In this document: piece by piece, positions 38,409-47,260 of the stretch
How positions within the stretch are numbered: the stretch's first letter is position 1
Layout of the letters: every line of letters begins with the position of its first letter
Origin: an uncultured Dehalococcoidia bacterium
Lineage (GTDB): Bacteria; Chloroflexota; Dehalococcoidia; Lucifugimonadales; UBA1127
Assembly (NCBI GenBank): GCA_964612825.1
Contig: CAZTCW010000001.1
Location: 15,450-79,449, forward strand
Direction: 5' to 3'
DNA: 64,000 nucleotides
Notes under the pieces: generated by a model
Databases searched by the model: none
The model's input: the letters and a program-made list of their open reading frames with translations, nothing else
What the model was told of the DNA's origin: nothing
Position numbers and translations under genes: made by a program

Positions 38409-39173
38409 TTATCGATTCAAATCATAAATCATTTTTAGTCCCAATAGAGTAAGGTCTAAGTTTACTGCCGCGAAAATATTCGTCTCTTTAGCAAATAACT
38501 CAGCCAAACCTCCGGTCGCGATAACTTTTGCGTTTGGATCCAATTCTGCTTTAAATCGTTTTACCATACCCTCAACTAGGTCAATATAGCCGAAAAGCAA
38601 GCCGGACTGAAGTGAGGTTATGGAATTCTTACCTATAGCTGCTTTAGGAACATTGAATTCTACACGTTTTAATTGCGAGGTATTGTGGAACAATGCATCC
38701 GCAGCGATGTTTATCCCTGGAGCAATAGCACCTCCTAGATAATCTCCGTCTTTTGTTACTGCATCAAACACGGTAGCGGTTCCAAAATCTACAATTATTA
38801 CAGGGCCACCGTGAAGTCGGTATGCGGCAACAGCATCGACCACACGGTCTGCTCCGACATCTCTGGGATTTTCATAAAGAATTCGCACTCCAGTTTTAAT
38901 CCCTGATTCAACCACTAGGGGAGTTGTTTGAAAATAGGTGCGGGAAAGTTGTTCAAATACCGAGGCTAGTGGAGGAACTACGTTGCAAATTGCTACCTCA
39001 GTAATTTGGTCAGGGGATAGTTTTCTTATTGTTAACAATGATTCCAGAATAGTGTTGTACTCATCCGACGTTTTTCGTGGATCAGTAGCAATTCTCCAGG
39101 TGGAATGTAACTCATCATTTTCGAATAGGCCGAAAGTAATGTTGGTGTTACCGATGTCAACGGCGAGTAACAT
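38409..39173 (-). CDS. coaX: Type III pantothenate kinase
   Basis: DIGNTN, GADR, DFGTAT, GGAIAPG, ATGG. Confidence 0.97.
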   Translation of the reverse strand: MLLAVDIGNTNITFGLFENDELHSTWRIATDPRKTSDEYNTILESLLTIRKLSPDQITEVAICNVVPPLASVFEQLSRTYFQTTPLVVESGIKTGVRILYENPRDVGADRVVDAVAAYRLHGGPVIIVDFGTATVFDAVTKDGDYLGGAIAPGINIAADALFHNTSQLKRVEFNVPKAAIGKNSITSLQSGLLFGYIDLVEGMVKRFKAELDPNAKVIATGGLAELFAKETNIFAAVNLDLTLLGLKMIYDLNR

Positions 39174-39210
39174 CTAAATCTCCTATCCTAAATTATAGGG
39201 TTTCTAATGA

Positions 39211-40836
39211 TTATGTCCAATCTGTATTCATTGGAATTTCTTCAATTCCATCACGAAAATTTTCTCTTATGTCATTAATGGCCTTAATAGCGTGAGGAAT
39301 TTTGCAGATGAGATCCGTTGCGATTCCACCCCGATCTCCCATTTCTTTACTGAGAAGCTCCCCTGAGATTGAATGTATGAACACCCCGGATAAAGCCGCT
39401 TCAAATGGTTTTAATCCTTGAGCTAATTGCCCCGTAATTATTCCCGCGAGGACATCGCCTGTTCCTGCGGTGGCGAGGATTGGATTTGCGATGGGGTTCA
39501 AGGATTGTCGTCCGTCTGGAGACGCAATAATGGTATAGGCCCCCTTAAGTACAATGATCACGCCCCATTCCGAAGAAAATTTTCGGGCATATTCAGCTCG
39601 ATTGTTTTGAATCTCACTAATTGGTATGCCGGTCAGTGTTGCCATTTCCCCTGGGTGTGGGGTAATGATGGTTGAGGATGTTAGTTTTTCCCACCATGCA
39701 TTTGTTTTGGAGAGATGGGTTAGTCCGTCAGCGTCAACCACCACGGGTAGTGATAAAATCCTATTAGATAGCAAAACGGACCCTACCAATTCTTCTACGC
39801 CCGGTTGATTACCCAACCCGCAACCGATAAGCAAGGCATCGTATTGTTTTGAAAGTTCCAAAATCGTTTCAGCTGCTGTTTTGTCAGGAGAACCAGGAGA
39901 AGCCTCCGGAATGATTAAATGAGTTGCCTCAATTAATTGCGCGCTTAGTATGGGGTAATTGGTTGCTAGAGACCCTAACGTGACATAACCCAATCCGGTT
40001 CGAAGGCTGCCGATACATGCCAAATAAGCAGCTCCAATATATTGACTTGACCCCGCTATTACCAGAGCTTTCCCGAAAGTCCCTTTGTGGCTAAACTTAG
40101 CTCTTCTTCCTAGAAGCGGGCGAATTGAAGTGACGGTAGAAATTTCAATTGGACTTGTTGTTGACAAGGTAGGAGGGATCCCAATTGAGGCGTTAAATAA
40201 TCTTCCGGTGTACTCTGCTGCCGGAGATAAAAATTGTCCAAATTTGGGGAAGCCTAAGGATAATGTAATGTCCGCAACAATGTGATGAGAGTCTACTGAA
40301 CCCGAATCGGCATTTATTCCAGTTGGAATATCCACGGCTAGGATTTGGGGAGGATCTTGCTTGAGTTGCTCTGTACGGACAAGGTCTAAAATCGTTGAAA
40401 GAGGTTCCTCAATCTTTCGATTGTTACCAGTTCCTAGAATAGCATCAATAATTAGATCCGCTTGGGTTAGGTGTTCCCGGAGAAGGGAGAAATCACAATC
40501 AGAGGTAATGACCAACACGCCATTCTCTTCGGCGGCCGGAATAAAGGAAGTTAAATTAAGTGAAGACAAACATACATACGCGACGACCTGATAACCGATA
40601 TTCGCTAGATTCTTGGCGGCCACCATGCCATCTAAGCCGTTCTTCCCAGGTCCTATTAATATGAGCACAGTCCCGACCTCTTCTGTAGGGTCGGGGTATT
40701 CTAAATCAGTAAGGAGGTGGTCCACTAAGTCACTAACGGCCAACCCTGCAGAATGGATTAGTGATTCTTGATCCAATCCAACCGAGTAAGCCTCATGTTC
40801 CAAATCCCTCATTTGTTTAACAGTTACGAGTTTCAA
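39211..40836 (-). CDS. nnr: Bifunctional NAD(P)H-hydrate epimerase/dehydratase
   Basis: DAILGTG, AVDIPTG, HKGTFG, DADGL, TPHPGE, LKG, AGTGDVLAG. Confidence 0.93.
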   Translation of the reverse strand: MKLVTVKQMRDLEHEAYSVGLDQESLIHSAGLAVSDLVDHLLTDLEYPDPTEEVGTVLILIGPGKNGLDGMVAAKNLANIGYQVVAYVCLSSLNLTSFIPAAEENGVLVITSDCDFSLLREHLTQADLIIDAILGTGNNRKIEEPLSTILDLVRTEQLKQDPPQILAVDIPTGINADSGSVDSHHIVADITLSLGFPKFGQFLSPAAEYTGRLFNASIGIPPTLSTTSPIEISTVTSIRPLLGRRAKFSHKGTFGKALVIAGSSQYIGAAYLACIGSLRTGLGYVTLGSLATNYPILSAQLIEATHLIIPEASPGSPDKTAAETILELSKQYDALLIGCGLGNQPGVEELVGSVLLSNRILSLPVVVDADGLTHLSKTNAWWEKLTSSTIITPHPGEMATLTGIPISEIQNNRAEYARKFSSEWGVIIVLKGAYTIIASPDGRQSLNPIANPILATAGTGDVLAGIITGQLAQGLKPFEAALSGVFIHSISGELLSKEMGDRGGIATDLICKIPHAIKAINDIRENFRDGIEEIPMNTDWT

Positions 40837-41197
40837 TAGTTTCTCCGATTACCATTGCTATAGCATAGTCACGAGAATGGGAAATAGAAATTAAGAAGTT
40901 AGTAATGCCAAGGTGTAGAGCGCGATTAGCTGCCCTCCCCTGCAGTTGTATTTGGGGAGCCTGACCTCGAGTTCGGACAACCTCTATTTCACGCCATGAA
41001 ACACCTCGGGTTCCAGTGCCTAAAGCCTTCATTACAGCTTCTTTAGCGGCGAAGCGACCAGCAAGTTGTGGAATACGTCCTTTGGAGAAAGCCAATTCCC
41101 CTTCCGTGTAAATTCGCGTTAAGAAGCGACTTCCCCAGCGATGAACAGTAGAATCAATTCTATCCAGTTCAATTAAATCAACGCCTACGGTAGTCAT
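40817..41197 (-). CDS. acpS: Holo-[acyl-carrier-protein] synthase
   Basis: GVDLIE, AGRFAAKEAVMKALGTG, SISH. Confidence 0.97.
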   Translation of the reverse strand: MTTVGVDLIELDRIDSTVHRWGSRFLTRIYTEGELAFSKGRIPQLAGRFAAKEAVMKALGTGTRGVSWREIEVVRTRGQAPQIQLQGRAANRALHLGITNFLISISHSRDYAIAMVIGETIETRNC

Positions 41198-41404
41198 ATG
41201 TGACGTCTCCTTTTACAATCAGAAAAGCAATCTCAGTACCTTGAACTGCCTCCTGGTCGGATATGGAAAGGCTTTCCCGTACATTGTATCCAATAATACC
41301 GAGGAGGTAAACTAAAATGTATTCCCCTATAGCATCGAGAGACGCCACATTGGGCAGTAATTGAAAAATAATTGAAATAAAAACCAACTATTAACTAAAC
41401 CATG

Positions 41405-41433
41405 TTGACAAACAGTCAATAAAGGGGTAATCT
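41405..41433 (+). promoter_or_regulatory. Promoter with a palindromic operator upstream of the small HTH gene
   Basis: TTGACA-N17-TAATCT; TTGAC-N5-GTCAA inverted repeat overlaps the -35. Confidence 0.5.
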
Positions 41434-41493
41434 AGGTCCATCGACCACAACATCCGGTTAAATTTTTTGAATTTCATCGCTTTGGGGGAAGTA

Positions 41494-41727
41494 ATGGTTC
41501 TTAGGAAGACGGATTTAGTTAAAAGAGTGGAATCTCAGTTTAATAGACCCTTAGATAGATTGTTGCCGGAAATGATTAACGAAAATGGTTTGTCCGGTAC
41601 TGCGGAGGCTTTAGGGGTGAAAAAGTCTACGTTAAATTATTGGCTGTTGAAATTGGGTATTAACGTACAGCGTGTCGTTTTGGCCCCTGGTGAATCCGTG
41701 GAGGTAAAAAGGGCTAGTAGGTTGTAA
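41494..41727 (+). CDS. Small helix-turn-helix protein (77 aa)
   Basis: GLSGTAEALGVKKSTLNYWL HTH-like pattern; ATG at 41494 after GGGGGAA. Confidence 0.75.
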   Translation: MVLRKTDLVKRVESQFNRPLDRLLPEMINENGLSGTAEALGVKKSTLNYWLLKLGINVQRVVLAPGESVEVKRASRL

Positions 41728-41732
41728 AAATT

Positions 41733-41783
41733 TCCCTAGGGGTACTTGGGATTCGGAGGGGGAATCCCAAGCATCCCTAGGGA
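41733..41783. terminator. 22-bp inverted repeat between convergent genes (probable bidirectional terminator)
   Basis: TCCCTAGGGGTACTTGGGATTC-7 nt-GAATCCCAAGCATCCCTAGGGA. Confidence 0.6.
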
Positions 41784-41825
41784 GGTTTCCTTATCTCCAA
41801 ACGGTTAAGGCAATTATTGAAACAG

Positions 41826-42611
41826 CTAATCGCTTGGATTCGGTTTACCGATTCGGTTTATTATTCCGGCTAGATAGCCCGCCCCAAATCCGTTATCAAT
41901 ATTCACCACTGACATTCCCGGGGAGCATCCATTAAGCATTGTTAGAAGAGGGGTAATCCCTCCAAAGTTTGCCCCATAACCGATGCTCGTAGGTACCGCA
42001 ATGACCGGGGCAGATGCGAGTCCTGATACCAAAGTAGGTAACGCTCCGTCCATTCCTGCTACGACAATTATTACTCTTGCAGCTGATATTTCTGGCAATT
42101 TGGATAAGATACGATGCACTCCACTAATTCCCACATCAAAAATTTTAACCACTTCTGAGCCCAAAAGTTTTGCGGTTAGGGCCGCTTCTTCTGCAACGCG
42201 GATGTCTGAAGTTCCTGCCGATAGAAGAAGTACCCCTGGAATCAAAGATTCTTTCTCTATCCCGCCAACAACAACAGCCTGAGCTTCAGGGATAAATTGT
42301 GATTCGGGTAGAGCCTCAAGACACGATTTGGCGGAATTGGAATCGATTCTCGTAATAAAAACGGGCTGACCCAATACTCGCATACGTTTGGCTATCGAAA
42401 TAATCTGTGCGGGCGTTTTTCCTGGGCCGAATATGACTTCGGGAAAACCTTTCCGGAGGGAACGATGATGGTCAATTTTAGCGAAACCAATGTCCTCAAA
42501 TTGAAAATTCTTAAATAACCTGACTGCCTTATTTACCGGAATATCCCCAGAACGAACATTTTCTAAAAGTTTGGCCAATTCCTCTTCTATTATCTCACCC
42601 TCCCACTGCAT
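41826..42611 (-). CDS. larB: NaAD carboxylase/hydrolase LarB (NPN cofactor biosynthesis)
   Basis: DHHRSLRKGFPEVIFGPGK, AGTSD, AGMDGALP, PTSIGYG, CSPG..VVNIDNGFGA. Confidence 0.94.
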   Translation of the reverse strand: MQWEGEIIEEELAKLLENVRSGDIPVNKAVRLFKNFQFEDIGFAKIDHHRSLRKGFPEVIFGPGKTPAQIISIAKRMRVLGQPVFITRIDSNSAKSCLEALPESQFIPEAQAVVVGGIEKESLIPGVLLLSAGTSDIRVAEEAALTAKLLGSEVVKIFDVGISGVHRILSKLPEISAARVIIVVAGMDGALPTLVSGLASAPVIAVPTSIGYGANFGGITPLLTMLNGCSPGMSVVNIDNGFGAGYLAGIINRIGKPNPSD

Positions 42612-42706
42612 ATAGTTTAGGGATTATAACGCTTTACCTTCAGGTTAGTTTGATCAAGTTTAGGATCTGTTACAGGAAGGATATAAACGCGTGCAAATTA
42701 TTTACG

Positions 42707-42743
42707 TTGACGCTAAAGATGCCCCTGTTTATACTGTGGAAAA
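42707..42743 (+). promoter_or_regulatory. dnaN promoter with an adjacent DnaA-box-like sequence
   Basis: TTGACG-N17-TATACT, then TGTGGAAAA (one mismatch to TGTGGATAA). Confidence 0.5.
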
Positions 42744-42761
42744 ATTCTTGGAGTCCCATAA

Positions 42762-43886
42762 ATGCACGCGTCTTGTCTTCAGGATATTCTTAGCAAAGGG
42801 TTAAACACAATTGGGAGGGCTGTCCCCACACGGACGACGCTTCCGATAACGCAAAACGTCCTAATCCAATCAGACGGAGGGATGCTTAAGCTATCAGCCA
42901 CAAATCTTGAGATTGCAATAAGTACTTGGGTTGGCGGGGAGATTAATTCTGACGGGGAAATCACTGTGCCCGCTAGATTGATGACAGAATTTATCAATTC
43001 TCTTCCAAATGACCGTATCGAACTTGAAGCGAGTATGGATCCACATGCCCTCACCATAAAATGTAATCGGCATGATGCAAGAATTCTTGGAACTTCTGCG
43101 GAAGAATTTCCTCCTATTCCTCAAGTCCAAGGAGATTTATTGGTCAAATTGTCTCCTAACGATCTTCGCATTGCGATTTCTGAAGTAGCATTTGCCGCCG
43201 CCACTGAGGATTCTAGGCCTGTCCTCACAGGATTAAAAGTTGAATTGGAAGGTAACCATTTTACGTTTGCTGCTGCAGATGGATTCCGGTTAGCCGTTCA
43301 CACAGGCCTTCTAATGGAGGCAGTAAATGAACCTACCCAATTTATAATCCCTTCTAGGACCATGTCCGAACTCAATCGATTTCTAGGAGACCAAGAAGAT
43401 CCAGTAGAATTTAGGATTGATAGTGGCCGAGGTCAGGTGTTATTTCGACTAAAAAATACTGAATTGGTTTCTCAATTAATACAGGGGACCTTCCCTAATT
43501 ATTCTCAACTGATCCCAGAAAGATTCACCACGCGTGCAACATTACCAGTTCAAGATTTATTGAGGGCGACTCGTACTGCATCAGTTTTTGCAAGAGATGG
43601 TGCCGGAATCATACGGTTACACGTTCAACCAGGAGACCCAGGGTCGATTCAAATTGTGGCTCGGGCAGATGAAATCGGAGAGAATGCAGTTGATATGGAT
43701 GCAACCGTCGAAGGAGAAGAAGCGAAGGTCGCTTTTAGCAGCAAATATCTAATGGATGTCTTAAGTGTCCTTTCCACAGATAAAGTTTCAATAGAAGTTA
43801 CGACTCCTTCAAGCCCAGGCGTTTTTCGCCCGATAAATTCCGATAGTTACGTTCATGTTATTATGCCAATGTTTGTACAATGGTAA
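42762..43886 (+). CDS. dnaN: DNA polymerase III beta clamp
   Basis: SATNLE, SRPVLTG, AADGFRLA, GTFPNY, HVIMPM. Confidence 0.97.
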   Translation: MHASCLQDILSKGLNTIGRAVPTRTTLPITQNVLIQSDGGMLKLSATNLEIAISTWVGGEINSDGEITVPARLMTEFINSLPNDRIELEASMDPHALTIKCNRHDARILGTSAEEFPPIPQVQGDLLVKLSPNDLRIAISEVAFAAATEDSRPVLTGLKVELEGNHFTFAAADGFRLAVHTGLLMEAVNEPTQFIIPSRTMSELNRFLGDQEDPVEFRIDSGRGQVLFRLKNTELVSQLIQGTFPNYSQLIPERFTTRATLPVQDLLRATRTASVFARDGAGIIRLHVQPGDPGSIQIVARADEIGENAVDMDATVEGEEAKVAFSSKYLMDVLSVLSTDKVSIEVTTPSSPGVFRPINSDSYVHVIMPMFVQW

Positions 43887-43925
43887 TAACATTTCGTTGT
43901 TTTCCTATTTCCCATTAAGAACCCA

Positions 43926-44525
43926 ATGGCGTTAGCGAGTATAATCTTGGTTTCCAAAGACCTAATTTCTATTTGGATCAGGAATTATTTGCGTCACCCG
44001 TTACGGGTTGGGGCAATTCTCCCTAGCGGCAACTCATTAAGTCATCTTATGGTAGCCGATATTCAGCCTTCTTCTCAGGGATATGTTGTGGAATTAGGAC
44101 CGGGGACTGGATCCTTTACAAAAGCTTTAGTTAATCAAGGGGTCCCAGAAAATCGGTTAATTCTGATCGAAAGTGCCAAAGAATTTGTCTCTCATTTAAG
44201 GCGCGTTCACCCTACTGCAACCGTTATACATGGTAATGCTGAAGATATTGAATACCATATTGGGTCCCTCGGAATACGAAATATTGACCATGTCGTTTCA
44301 GGTATCCCTCTTGTTTCTTGTGGCGAAGATACAAGGGAAAAAATTTGTGAGGGCGTATTAAATTTAATTAATCGAGGTGGTTCTTTTGTACAAGTCACCT
44401 ATTTCGGGTTTTGTCCGATTCCTCAAAAACTTATTAGCAAGTACAATTCCAAAAGGATTTTTTCCGGGGCTGCCAAGTGGAATTTCCCTCCTGGATTTGT
44501 CTGGAGGATAAAGAAGGATATCTAA
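43926..44525 (+). CDS. Class I SAM methyltransferase, rhizobial PmtA/OlsG-like lipid N-methyltransferase
   Basis: P..VGAILPS, VVELGPGTG, VSGIP, FVQVTY, NFPP..VW. Confidence 0.75.
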   Translation: MALASIILVSKDLISIWIRNYLRHPLRVGAILPSGNSLSHLMVADIQPSSQGYVVELGPGTGSFTKALVNQGVPENRLILIESAKEFVSHLRRVHPTATVIHGNAEDIEYHIGSLGIRNIDHVVSGIPLVSCGEDTREKICEGVLNLINRGGSFVQVTYFGFCPIPQKLISKYNSKRIFSGAAKWNFPPGFVWRIKKDI

Positions 44526-44655
44526 CCGTTTGCGAACCCAAGAGGGGTGCTTAAAAAGATTACCTGTAATACGTAAACCAAACAATTGAATATGTATATC
44601 GAATCATCATCTAGGAAAAAGTCGGAACATAAACTTGATGGAAGGGAAATAAAAG

Positions 44656-46545
44656 TTGGGAATCGAAGCTCTCACGTATGATGAAGATGGGAACTCTTAT
44701 TATTCTGGTACCGAGAGGGGATGGGATAATTGGGTCAGTGCTACGGCAACCCGGAATTATGTTCTTAATGATCCAATTTTAGATTGGCTGTCATATTACG
44801 GGGTTAACAACGGGTTTCGTAGGGATTTTGATTTCCCCGGATATGATCCTAGAACTGAATTTGCTCAATATATCATGAGAAAAGGTAGAGAATTTGAGGG
44901 GGCCATCACCACCTACCTAAAGACACTGATTCCAATCACTGAGATCCATTTTTCTCCTAGGGAAACTAGGAATCTTGCTGCCGCACAGAATACCTTTGAA
45001 GCGATGTGTAGAGGTGATTGTGCTATTTCGCAAGGAGTCTTGTGGGATGCGGAGCACAGAACTTACGGACGCCCAGATTTATTGATTAGGAGTGACGTGT
45101 TGGCTCATTTGTTTCCTAATTTGATAAACCCGGCTGAAGTAGGGATTCCGGCCAAAGACCTACCGGGGTTGGGGTGCCATTACAGGGTTTTGGATATAAA
45201 GTTTAGCACGTTGAGGTTTTCTTCATCTGGGGCACTGCGGGATACAGAAGGTTCTCTTCTTGCTTATAAAATTCAAGTTTTTATTTACAATCAAGCCTTG
45301 GGTAGATTACAAGGCTATCTTCCAGAAGAATCATATCTTTTGGGGAGAGGGTGGGAACAAACGGTTAGCAAGGAAACGTATCGGGGGACGAATTCGATGG
45401 ATAAGTTAGGAATTGTTCCTCAGGAGCATGTCACTTCTTCAAGAGGTTCCTTGAAATTGATTTGTGAGGAGGCTCTGTCTTGGGCTCGGAAGGTGCGTTC
45501 TTTTGGATCTGAATGGGATCTCTTCCCTCAACCATCCACTCCGGAATTATGGCCGAATATGACCTCAATTTCAGACCATCCTTGGCATCGAGCAAAGCAA
45601 GAAATCGCCAATCAACTTAATGACCTTACTTTAGTTTGGCATGTAGGGTTTGCTGCTCGCTTAAAGGCTCATCAATCAAATGTTACAAGTTGGACTGACC
45701 CGGCATGCAACTCTTCAGTTTTAGGGGTCACTGGACTAAAAACAGCTCCCATCCTTGATTCTATCCTTCAAGCGAATAGAGCCATTGGAGGCCCAGTTCT
45801 TTCACCGGAATGCCTGGTAATGGTAGGGGAAGAATGGGAAAACGGGACCCCAGTAGAATTTTTTGTAGATTTTGAAACCGTCAGCGATCTCGACGATGAT
45901 TTTACTGAGATTCCGAATAAAGGCGGTCAACCTCTTATTTTCATGATTGGGTGCGGATACCTGGAGAATAATGCATGGAAATGGAAGGGATTCACAGTGG
46001 ATGCTCTCACTCAAGATTCTGAAAAAGAGATAATTGATCAATGGTTATCCTATATGAATCAAGTCAAGGAATCCTTAGATCCCTTTGGAGAAGAACCACT
46101 AGTGTATCATTGGTCCAATGCAGAGCAAAGTACCTTTGAATCCGCATTCAACTCAGTGAAAAAAAGACACCCTAATGAGCAATGGCCTGAAATACGTTGG
46201 TATGATTTCCTTAGCCGAGTGATCCGTCAACATCCGATTATCGTATCGGGATCGTTTGGATTTGGGTTAAAATCTATCGCTACGGCAATGCATAAGCATG
46301 GCTTGATTGAGACTGTCTGGGAAACTGGCCCGACAGATGGTCTCGGGGCAATGGTTGGTGCATGGTGGAGCTTTGAAGAGGCTAAGCGGTTGAGTTGCGA
46401 CATGCGAGATATCGATCTAATGGATGAAATACTTAAATATAATGAGATTGATTGTAAGACTATGATGGAAATAATCGTGTACTTGCGCACTTTGATAGTA
46501 AAAGACCCGAATTCGGGTTTGAAGACAAAAAAACAGGAACTTTGA
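44656..46545 (+). CDS. Dual-domain nuclease: PD-(D/E)XK (RecB/Cas4-like) plus C-terminal RNase H-like/DEDD domain (TM0106-like)
   Basis: GRPDLL...VLDIK...Q...Y; FFVDFET, YHWSNAE, FGLKSIA, YNEIDC; start uncertain. Confidence 0.75.
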   Translation: MGIEALTYDEDGNSYYSGTERGWDNWVSATATRNYVLNDPILDWLSYYGVNNGFRRDFDFPGYDPRTEFAQYIMRKGREFEGAITTYLKTLIPITEIHFSPRETRNLAAAQNTFEAMCRGDCAISQGVLWDAEHRTYGRPDLLIRSDVLAHLFPNLINPAEVGIPAKDLPGLGCHYRVLDIKFSTLRFSSSGALRDTEGSLLAYKIQVFIYNQALGRLQGYLPEESYLLGRGWEQTVSKETYRGTNSMDKLGIVPQEHVTSSRGSLKLICEEALSWARKVRSFGSEWDLFPQPSTPELWPNMTSISDHPWHRAKQEIANQLNDLTLVWHVGFAARLKAHQSNVTSWTDPACNSSVLGVTGLKTAPILDSILQANRAIGGPVLSPECLVMVGEEWENGTPVEFFVDFETVSDLDDDFTEIPNKGGQPLIFMIGCGYLENNAWKWKGFTVDALTQDSEKEIIDQWLSYMNQVKESLDPFGEEPLVYHWSNAEQSTFESAFNSVKKRHPNEQWPEIRWYDFLSRVIRQHPIIVSGSFGFGLKSIATAMHKHGLIETVWETGPTDGLGAMVGAWWSFEEAKRLSCDMRDIDLMDEILKYNEIDCKTMMEIIVYLRTLIVKDPNSGLKTKKQEL

Positions 46546-46689
46546 TAAAGACCGTTACTATCCATGGAACTTTCCTCAATGGATTGCTCCCCTTAAAACA
46601 CGTATCCTGGCCTGCTAGGAATAAAATTCTTCTACCGCTAAACCAGTTGGGATGACGTAACCCAATTGGACTAATCATTCATGGAATAG

Positions 46690-46725
46690 TGGACAGAGAC
46701 GCTTTGTGACGTTATTATAGCGTCA
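46690..46725 (+). promoter_or_regulatory. Apparently leaderless promoter with a palindromic operator
   Basis: TGGACA-N17-TATTAT, 6 nt, then ATG; TGACGTTAT-T-ATAGCGTCA palindrome covers the -10. Confidence 0.5.
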
Positions 46726-47183
46726 TGGAAAATTCATCTGGCAAAGTATTTAGATTGACTTTAAATGGAGTGAGCCTAGAAGCATTAGAGACGTCACAAT
46801 ACTTGGATGTGGCGATTCAACTAATTCGAGCACGAAAGTTTGAATTAGAAAGGGATGATTCTTCCCTTTTTCCGTTATCTAAAAAAGCGGAGAAAGCCGA
46901 GGAGGATATCTTACCTCATGGAGGAGAATTGCCCCATCCTACCCCCAGGGATGAATTTTCGGGAGTTAAGAAGTCTTCCCAAGGGAGGTGGTTCAGGGAT
47001 AGGTTCCTAAAAGTCCGATTCGGTGATGGAAATGTTTCTGTTTTACGTTCTCTTGATGAATTGAAAACCTTTATTGGTCAACGTGGCCTGACACCCCATC
47101 CTCGGGGTGACGCTTCCATGTTAATATGGCAATTGCGAAATAGGTTAGGTCTTGAAGCCACACCAATTACACCGGATGATTAA
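46725..47183 (+). CDS. Hypothetical protein (152 aa)
   Basis: The ORF fills the gap and has its own promoter; no family recognised. Confidence 0.65.
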   Translation: MENSSGKVFRLTLNGVSLEALETSQYLDVAIQLIRARKFELERDDSSLFPLSKKAEKAEEDILPHGGELPHPTPRDEFSGVKKSSQGRWFRDRFLKVRFGDGNVSVLRSLDELKTFIGQRGLTPHPRGDASMLIWQLRNRLGLEATPITPDD

Positions 47184-47260
47184 TTAAAAATTGGGATTCC
47201 TGATAGGGCGTCAAAGAGTGGTTGGGTTCCTCTGTGTGAGAGATGGATCCGCAAATGTCT

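Noticed and set aside
41178-41387. 69-aa minus-strand ORF upstream of acpS
   Set aside because: It has no RBS or recognisable motif and overlaps a divergent promoter region.
44656-46545. Cas4-like gene as a sign of CRISPR-Cas
   Set aside because: I saw no repeat-spacer array or other cas genes in the window.
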